A stretch of 32,000 nt of DNA from Xylella taiwanensis (lineage in GTDB: Bacteria > Pseudomonadota > Gammaproteobacteria > Xanthomonadales > Xanthomonadaceae): contig NZ_CP053627.1 of the NCBI RefSeq assembly GCF_013177435.1, positions 360,001 through 392,000 of the forward strand. The letters are read 5' to 3'. Positions 25,951 through 32,000 of the stretch are shown one piece after another. The position numbers and the translations under genes are program-made. The number at the start of each line of letters is the position of its first letter. Position 1 is the first letter of the stretch. The notes beneath the pieces were generated by a model, which did not search any database, had not been told where the DNA came from, and saw only the letters and a program-made list of their open reading frames with translations.

Positions 25951-27038
25951 ATGCATGGTTCTTGAATATGGTTGATCCGTTGCACCAGTGGTGTCTCGGA
26001 TTTGGTGACATTGGTGTCGTGTTGTGGACCGTTCTAAAGATAGTGATGATCGCTATACCATTGATTCTGTCGGTGGCGTTTTATGTGGTTTGGGAACGGA
26101 AATTGATCGGTTGGATGCATGTGCGTCACGGGCCGATGTACGTTGGTATGGGTGTCTTTCAGGCCTTTGCGGACGTCTTTAAACTTCTGTTCAAGGAAGT
26201 TGTATATCCTGCCAAGGCGCATAAGGCGATTTTCGTGATCGCACCGTTGTTGACTTTAGCGCCGTCATTCGCCGCATGGGCCGTCGTGCCCTTTGATGCC
26301 AAGCTGGTGTTGTCTAACGCCAATGTTGGCTTGTTGTATTTGTTGGCGATGACTTCGCTAGGTGTCTACGGGATCATTTTGGCTGGTTGGGCTTCTAATT
26401 CGAAGTATGCTTTCCTGGGTGCGATGCGTTCGGCCGCTCAGGTGGTCAGCTACGAAATCGCGATGGGTTTTGCCTTGGTGGGTGTGATGATCGCGGCGGG
26501 CAGTCTCAATCTGTCTCAGATTGTGATGGCTCAGGCGGGCAGTTCTGGTTTTTTTGATTGGTTCCTGATTCCGTTATTCCCCTTGTTCATTGTGTATTGG
26601 GTGTCTGGTGTGGCTGAGACCAATCGTTCTCCGTTTGACGTGGTGGAGGGTGAGTCTGAAATTGTGGCCGGACACATGGTGGAGTACTCCGGCAGCGTAT
26701 TCGCGCTGTTTTTCCTGGCCGAGTACGCCAATATGATTTTGGTTAGTTTCTTGATCTCGATTTTCTTCCTGGGGGGATGGCTCAGTCCGATCCAGGGTTG
26801 GGTGAATGGGAATGTCTCACCGTTGATTGATTGGGTGTGGAATGGTGGTTGGCCTTGGTTGCTGCTCAAGGTGTTGTTTTTTGCCAGCGCTTATATCTGG
26901 TTCCGTGCTAGTTTCCCCCGCTATCGCTATGACCAGATTATGCGCCTGGGATGGAAGGTGTTTATCCCGCTGACGATTGTATGGATTGCAGTGACGGCAT
27001 TAATGGTGTTTTACGGCGTGATTCAAAAGGGCGTTTAA
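25947..27038 (+). CDS. nuoH: NADH-quinone oxidoreductase subunit H
   Basis: Polytopic membrane protein with ND1 signatures: [58 protein letters not shown]. Confidence 0.95.
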   Translation: MNAWFLNMVDPLHQWCLGFGDIGVVLWTVLKIVMIAIPLILSVAFYVVWERKLIGWMHVRHGPMYVGMGVFQAFADVFKLLFKEVVYPAKAHKAIFVIAPLLTLAPSFAAWAVVPFDAKLVLSNANVGLLYLLAMTSLGVYGIILAGWASNSKYAFLGAMRSAAQVVSYEIAMGFALVGVMIAAGSLNLSQIVMAQAGSSGFFDWFLIPLFPLFIVYWVSGVAETNRSPFDVVEGESEIVAGHMVEYSGSVFALFFLAEYANMILVSFLISIFFLGGWLSPIQGWVNGNVSPLIDWVWNGGWPWLLLKVLFFASAYIWFRASFPRYRYDQIMRLGWKVFIPLTIVWIAVTALMVFYGVIQKGV

Positions 27039-27041
27039 GTG

Positions 27042-27530
27042 ATGAACAAGATGATGCATTACTTCAAGAGCCTGCTGTTACTTGAACTGTTGGCTGGATT
27101 ATGGCTGACGTTGAAATACACCTTTAAGCCGAAGTACACCGTGTTGTATCCGATGGAGCGGTTCCCACAGTCGCCACGTTTCCGTGGCCTCCATGCGCTG
27201 CGTCGCTATCCTAATGGCGAGGAACGTTGCATTGCTTGCAAGCTCTGTGAAGCGGTATGTCCGGCGTTGGCAATTACCATCGATTCTGCCAAACGCGAAG
27301 ACGGTACCCGTCGTACGACGCGTTACGACATCGACCTGTTCAAATGCATCTTCTGCGGCTTTTGTGAAGAGAGTTGTCCTGTCGACTCGATTGTAGAAAC
27401 TCACATTCTTGAATATCACTTCGAGAAGCGTGGGGAGAACATTGTTACCAAACCGCAGTTGTTGGCCATCGGTGATCGGTTTGAAGCTGAGATCGCCGAA
27501 CGTCGTACTGCCGATGCTGCCTTCCGTTGA
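27042..27530 (+). CDS. nuoI: NADH-quinone oxidoreductase subunit I (2x4Fe-4S ferredoxin)
   Basis: [12 protein letters not shown] and [12 protein letters not shown] motifs. ATG at 27042 is preferred over GTG at 27039. Confidence 0.93.
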   Translation: MNKMMHYFKSLLLLELLAGLWLTLKYTFKPKYTVLYPMERFPQSPRFRGLHALRRYPNGEERCIACKLCEAVCPALAITIDSAKREDGTRRTTRYDIDLFKCIFCGFCEESCPVDSIVETHILEYHFEKRGENIVTKPQLLAIGDRFEAEIAERRTADAAFR

Positions 27531-27537
27531 GGTCACG

Positions 27538-28200
27538 ATGGATTGGGTGAATATTGCTTTCTACATCTTTTCGGCTGTCGCAGTTGCAGCAGCCGGTGCC
27601 GTGATCAGCGTGCGTCATCCGGTGTATGCCGTCTTGTGTCTGATTCTGACTTTCTTTTCGATGGCCTGTATCTGGTTGCTCGTCGGTGCCGAGTTCCTCG
27701 GAGTGACTCTGGTGTTGGTGTACGTTGGCGCGGTGATGGTGCTGTTTTTGTTCGTGGTGATGATGCTGGACATCGATACCAGTCGATTGCGCGAGGGGTG
27801 GGTCAGATATTTGCCGGTTGGCGTGTTGGTGGCTGGGGTGATGTTGGTGCAGATGGTGGTGTTGATTGGTGTGAAGCTGCGCACAGCGACGCCGTTTCCA
27901 GTCGATAATGCTGCTGCTCAGGCGGCTGAGCATTCCAATCTCACGTGGTTGGCTCACAGTCTGTTCAATGACTTCTTGCTGCCGTTCGAGTTTGCTGCTG
28001 TGATCTTGACGGTGGCCGTGATCGCTGCAGTGATGCTGACGCTGCGCAAGCGTGAGGGTGTGAAGAGTCAGGATCCGAGTCAGCAGACCCGGGTGAGGGC
28101 TGCTGATCGCCTGCGTATGGTGCGGATGCCGGCTGAAAAGCCCGCGCCTGTAGTGCTGATCCAGAGTGATAGCAACGATGCACAGGAGATGAAGCCGTGA
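27538..28200 (+). CDS. nuoJ: NADH-quinone oxidoreductase subunit J
   Basis: ATG at 27538 ([16 protein letters not shown]...) within ORF 27409..28200. ND6-like hydrophobic core: [27 protein letters not shown]. Confidence 0.9.
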   Translation: MDWVNIAFYIFSAVAVAAAGAVISVRHPVYAVLCLILTFFSMACIWLLVGAEFLGVTLVLVYVGAVMVLFLFVVMMLDIDTSRLREGWVRYLPVGVLVAGVMLVQMVVLIGVKLRTATPFPVDNAAAQAAEHSNLTWLAHSLFNDFLLPFEFAAVILTVAVIAAVMLTLRKREGVKSQDPSQQTRVRAADRLRMVRMPAEKPAPVVLIQSDSNDAQEMKP

Positions 28201-28502
28201 TTAGCCTGGGTCATCTTCTTGCGTTGGGAGCGGTACTGTTTTGCATCAGTCTCGTGGGTATCTTTCTGAATCGTAAGAATGTCATCGTATTGCTAATGTC
28301 CATCGAGCTGATGCTGTTGGCGGTCAATGTCAACTTTATTGCCTTCTCTCGCCAGCTTGGGGACACGGCGGGCCAACTGTTCGTGTTTTTCATCCTGACC
28401 GTGGCTGCTGCAGAAGCGGCCATTGGCCTCGCGATCCTGGTCACCCTGTTCCGTACCCGCCACACGATTAATGTGGCCGAAGTCGATTCTCTGAAGGGCT
28501 GA
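28197..28502 (+). CDS. nuoK: NADH-quinone oxidoreductase subunit K
   Basis: 101 aa, ND4L-like: [19 protein letters not shown]...[19 protein letters not shown]. The GTG start overlaps the nuoJ stop. Confidence 0.93.
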   Translation: MISLGHLLALGAVLFCISLVGIFLNRKNVIVLLMSIELMLLAVNVNFIAFSRQLGDTAGQLFVFFILTVAAAEAAIGLAILVTLFRTRHTINVAEVDSLKG

Positions 28503-28509
28503 TCAGCAG

Positions 28510-30657
28510 ATGGATATCACTCTCTCCAAGAATGTGCTGATTGCTGTGGTGCTTGCACCACTACTTGGCAGCATTGTCGCCGGCCTGTTAGGGCGCCAAG
28601 TCGGTCGCAAGGGGGCACAGTGTGCCACCCTTCTCGGCGTTGCTGTCAGTTGTGCGTTGTCGTGTTGGACGCTTTACCAGCTCATCGGGCAGGGGGCGGC
28701 GCCGTTTAATCAGAACCTCTATACCTTCTTCCAGGTCGGTGATTATTCTGCCCATGTCGGCTTCATGATCGATCGGTTGACGGCGATGATGATGGTCGTA
28801 GTCACTTTTGTGTCGCTGCTGGTCCATGTCTATACCATTGGTTACATGGCAGAAGATCCGGGGTATCAGCGCTTCTTCAGTTATATCTCGCTGTTTACTT
28901 TCTCGATGCTCATTCTGGTGATGAGCAACAATTTTTTGCAGTTGTTTTTCGGTTGGGAGGCGGTGGGACTTGTCTCTTACCTGTTGATTGGTTTCTGGTT
29001 CAAGCGGCCGACGGCGGTGTTTGCCAACATGAAGGCGTTCTTGGTGAATCGTGTCGGCGACTTCGGCTTCTTGCTTGGCATCAGCCTGGTGCTGTACACG
29101 TTTGGCACATTGGATTATTCGGTGGTCTTTGCCAACGTGGCTAGCCTGATGGGGCAAACCACTAACGTGTGGAGCGGTGACATCAATGTGTTGGGCAGGG
29201 TCATCCACGTCATCGAGCCGTTGAACTGGTCGACGGCTACGTTAATGTGCATGTGCTTGTTTATCGGTGCGATGGGTAAGTCTGCACAGATTCCGTTGCA
29301 CGTGTGGTTGCCTGATTCGATGGAAGGACCCACGCCTATTTCAGCGTTGATCCATGCGGCGACGATGGTGACGGCAGGCATCTTCATGGTTGCACGCATG
29401 TCGCCGTTGTTCCAACTCAGTGAGAGTGCGTTGCAGTTCGTACTGTTCGTCGGTGCCACGACCGCATTTTTCACCGGATTGATCGGCATCGTGCAGCATG
29501 ACATCAAGCGTGTGGTGGCGTACTCCACGCTATCGCAGTTGGGTTATATGACGGTGGCGCTGGGTGTGTCGGCGTATTCGGCGGCGGTGTTTCACCTGAT
29601 GACCCACGCCTTTTTTAAAGCACTCCTGTTTCTTGCGGCTGGCTCGGTGATTATCGGTATGCATCATGAGCAGGACATGCGCAAGATGGGGGGGCTACGC
29701 AAGTACATGCCGATCACCTATATCACCAGTGTGATTGGTACGCTGGCTTTGGTGGGGACGCCGTTCTTTTCTGGGTTCTATTCGAAGGACACCATTATTG
29801 AGGTGGCAGCGCACCATGCTGAGCAGGCCCACAGTTGGGTGGCGACTTACGCTTACTGGGCGGTGCTTGGCGGTGTGCTGGTGACGAGTTTCTACAGCTT
29901 CCGATTGTTGTTCCTGACCTTTCATGGTGAGGAGCGTTTCCGCCGTAGCGGAGCCGAGCACGCGCATGGCAGCGATGCGCATGTACAAGAGCCAGATGGA
30001 CATGAAGAGCATGCGCATGGTGTGCATGAGCCGCACGAATCGCCCTGGGTGGTGACCTTACCGCTGATCTTGCTGGCGATCCCTTCTATTACGTTGGGCT
30101 TCTTCACGATTGGCCCGATGCTGTTTGGTACGGACTGGGCAGGCCATCATGCTGTTGAGGCGATCAGGGGTCAGGCTGTCTCATTCTTTACAGGCATTAT
30201 TGATTTTTATGATCCGGCACAGGATCCCGTTGCTATTTTGGGTGAGGACTTCCGTGGACCGGTGGCTTTTGCGTTGCATGGTGTGATGTCGTGGCCATTC
30301 TTTCTGACGGTTGCTGGCTTCCTGCTTGCCGTGTTGTTCTATCTGTGGAAGCCGGAATGGCCAGTAAAAATGCGCCAGATCTTTTCGCTACCGGTACGCA
30401 TCCTGGAAAACAAGTACGGCTTTGATAGGGTGTGGATTGACGGTTTTGCAGGATGTGGTGTCAAGCTTGGTAAGGTTTCGCGTGCAATCGATATCCATGT
30501 GGTGGATGGCGTTTTGGTGAATGGTTCGGCACACCTGATCGGCTTGGTGGCGCGTGTGCTGCGTCGCACGCAATCTGGTTTTGTCTATCACTATGCCTTC
30601 GCAATGATCATTGGCTTGATCGCTTTGTTGGCCGTGCTGATGTGTTTTTGGCGTTGA
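28510..30657 (+). CDS. nuoL: NADH-quinone oxidoreductase subunit L
   Basis: 715 aa, ND5-like antiporter subunit: FFGWEAVGLVSYLLIGFW, GKSAQIPLHVWLPDSMEGPTPISALIHAATMVTAGIF, DIKRVVAYSTLSQLGYM. Confidence 0.95.
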   Translation: MDITLSKNVLIAVVLAPLLGSIVAGLLGRQVGRKGAQCATLLGVAVSCALSCWTLYQLIGQGAAPFNQNLYTFFQVGDYSAHVGFMIDRLTAMMMVVVTFVSLLVHVYTIGYMAEDPGYQRFFSYISLFTFSMLILVMSNNFLQLFFGWEAVGLVSYLLIGFWFKRPTAVFANMKAFLVNRVGDFGFLLGISLVLYTFGTLDYSVVFANVASLMGQTTNVWSGDINVLGRVIHVIEPLNWSTATLMCMCLFIGAMGKSAQIPLHVWLPDSMEGPTPISALIHAATMVTAGIFMVARMSPLFQLSESALQFVLFVGATTAFFTGLIGIVQHDIKRVVAYSTLSQLGYMTVALGVSAYSAAVFHLMTHAFFKALLFLAAGSVIIGMHHEQDMRKMGGLRKYMPITYITSVIGTLALVGTPFFSGFYSKDTIIEVAAHHAEQAHSWVATYAYWAVLGGVLVTSFYSFRLLFLTFHGEERFRRSGAEHAHGSDAHVQEPDGHEEHAHGVHEPHESPWVVTLPLILLAIPSITLGFFTIGPMLFGTDWAGHHAVEAIRGQAVSFFTGIIDFYDPAQDPVAILGEDFRGPVAFALHGVMSWPFFLTVAGFLLAVLFYLWKPEWPVKMRQIFSLPVRILENKYGFDRVWIDGFAGCGVKLGKVSRAIDIHVVDGVLVNGSAHLIGLVARVLRRTQSGFVYHYAFAMIIGLIALLAVLMCFWR

Positions 30658-30678
30658 TCTGTTACGGAATAAGAATAC

Positions 30679-32000
30679 GTGTCGAACTGCCCTCTACTGT
30701 CTATCTTGATTTGGCTGCCGATGATTGGTGGCATCTTGATTCTGGCGTTGCGCAACGCCCATGTTGCTCGTTGGGTAGCATTGGCGGTAGCGCTGGCTAC
30801 TTTTGGATTCAGTCTGCAACTGTTGAATGGTTACGATGTTGCTAAAGATGCGTTGCAGTTTGTTGAGCAGCATGTCTGGATCCAAACGTACAGTATTGGT
30901 TACAACCTTGGTGTGGACGGTATCGCGGTGGCGCTGATCCTGTTGACCACACTAGTGACGGTATTGGTGTTGATTGGTGCCTGGAGTGCGATCGACAAGC
31001 GTGTACCCCAGTATGTGGCGGCGTTTCTGATTCTTGAAGGTGTGACAATCGGTATTTTCGCGGCGACCGACGCGATGCTGTTCTATGTGTTCTTCGAGGC
31101 GATGCTGATCCCGATGTTCCTGATTATCGGTGTCTGGGGTGGCCCACGTCGGATCTATGCGGCGATCAAGTTTTTTCTTTATACCTTTCTCGGTTCTGTG
31201 TTGATGTTGGTTGGCTTGATCTACCTGTATTTGAAGGGTGGTAGTTTCCAGTTAGTTGATTTGTATGCGATGCAGCTCAGCGCCAAAGAGCAGACGTGGT
31301 TGTTCTTTGCGTTCTTGATTGCTTTCGCGGTCAAGGTGCCGATGTTCCCTGTGCATACTTGGTTGCCGGATGCTCACGTGGAAGCACCCACTGCAGGTTC
31401 GGTGATCCTGGCGGCCATTGCGTTGAAAATTGGTGGTTACGGTTTTTTGCGTTTCAATTTGCCGATTGTTCCGGATGCCAGCCACGAGTTCGCTTGGGTG
31501 GTCATCGCGTTGTCGTTGATTGCAGTGATCTATGTCGGCTTGGTTGCATTGGTGCAGGAGGATATGAAGAAACTGATTGCCTATTCTTCGATTGCGCACA
31601 TGGGCTTTGTGACATTGGGGATCTTCATTGCTTTCACCTTAGTCCGTGACTTTGGTAATACAGATGCGGTACGCCTTGGGCTACAGGGGGCAATGGTGCA
31701 GATGATTTCCCACGGCTTCGTCTCTGGTGCGATGTTTACTTGCATTGGCGTGCTGTACGACCGCATGCATACCCGCCGTATTGCTGATTACGGCGGCGTG
31801 GTTAATGTCATGCCATGGTTTGCGACTTTTGCCATGTTGTTCTATATGGCAAATGCGGGCTTACCGGGAACCAGTGGTTTCGTCGGCGAGTTCATGGTGA
31901 TCCTGGCCAGTTTTCAAAAGCACCCACTGGTGGCTTTTGGCGCAGCGACGACACTGGTGATCACCGCTGCCTACACACTGTGGCTCTACAAGCGCGTGTT
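30679..32000 (+). CDS. nuoM: NADH-quinone oxidoreductase subunit M (partial; 3' end beyond the window)
   Basis: Not in the ORF track because there is no stop in the window. My translation from GTG 30679 is ND4-like: VSNCPLLSILIWLPMIGGILILAL...FYVFFEAMLIPMFLIIGVWGG...AVKVPMFPVHTWLPDAHVEAPTAGSVILAAIALKIGGYGF...KKLIAYSSIAHMGFV...GTSGFVGEF. The start codon choice is uncertain. Confidence 0.9.
   Translation, partial: MSNCPLLSILIWLPMIGGILILALRNAHVARWVALAVALATFGFSLQLLNGYDVAKDALQFVEQHVWIQTYSIGYNLGVDGIAVALILLTTLVTVLVLIGAWSAIDKRVPQYVAAFLILEGVTIGIFAATDAMLFYVFFEAMLIPMFLIIGVWGGPRRIYAAIKFFLYTFLGSVLMLVGLIYLYLKGGSFQLVDLYAMQLSAKEQTWLFFAFLIAFAVKVPMFPVHTWLPDAHVEAPTAGSVILAAIALKIGGYGFLRFNLPIVPDASHEFAWVVIALSLIAVIYVGLVALVQEDMKKLIAYSSIAHMGFVTLGIFIAFTLVRDFGNTDAVRLGLQGAMVQMISHGFVSGAMFTCIGVLYDRMHTRRIADYGGVVNVMPWFATFAMLFYMANAGLPGTSGFVGEFMVILASFQKHPLVAFGAATTLVITAAYTLWLYKRV

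Noticed and set aside
27445-27957. 170-aa His/Gln-rich minus-strand ORF.
   Set aside because: It is antisense to the well-supported nuoJ frame and is a low-complexity artefact.
29941-30048. Histidine-rich segment in NuoL (AEHAHGSDAHVQEPDGHEEHAHGVHEPHESPW) as a possible metal-binding insertion.
   Set aside because: As far as I recall, His-rich loops ending in HESP are common at this position, before the long lateral helix, in many proteobacterial NuoL proteins. It is probably a lineage feature and not a novelty.
1-32000. CRISPR arrays, rRNA genes and prophage structural genes.
   Set aside because: No regularly spaced short repeats with unique spacers, no rRNA-like sequence and no phage-like ORFs were seen anywhere in the window.

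Overview
This window looks like gammaproteobacterial chromosome of the Xanthomonadaceae type. The moderate GC and the synteny acnA / acnB ... tpiA-secG-tRNA-Leu-nuoABCDEFGHIJKLM suggest a Xylella-like organism, but that is my recollection, not a search result.

Core content:
- The 5' part of acnA (minus strand, runs off the left edge).
- A VapBC-type (AbrB antitoxin + PIN toxin) pair sitting between acnA and acnB.
- tRNA-Phe, an SDR oxidoreductase, tpiA, secG and tRNA-Leu(GAG).
- The NADH:quinone oxidoreductase operon from nuoA to a partial nuoM (runs off the right edge).

Accessory content: a segment of about 10 kb (about 5335-15480) lies directly after tRNA-Phe. It is bracketed by an imperfect direct repeat of about 86-89 bp that begins in the last 6 nt of the tRNA. 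It has visibly different codon composition from the flanking genes. It carries:
- a small ribbon-helix-helix gene;
- a translationally coupled Type I restriction-modification operon, hsdM-hsdS-[SIR2-like gene]-[DUF4276-like remnant]-hsdR;
- two decayed FtsX/MacB-type ABC permease genes.

I could not find an integrase or transposase.

The most interesting signal is the SIR2 (SIR2_2-type, putative NADase) gene embedded between hsdS and hsdR with ATGA start/stop overlaps. It is followed by a frameshifted chimeric ORF whose 3' half looks like the C-terminal half of a DUF4276 protein. This suggests a composite RM plus NAD-depleting defence locus that has undergone cargo turnover.

All homology statements come from motifs read by eye in the supplied translations. 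No database or HMM search was possible.
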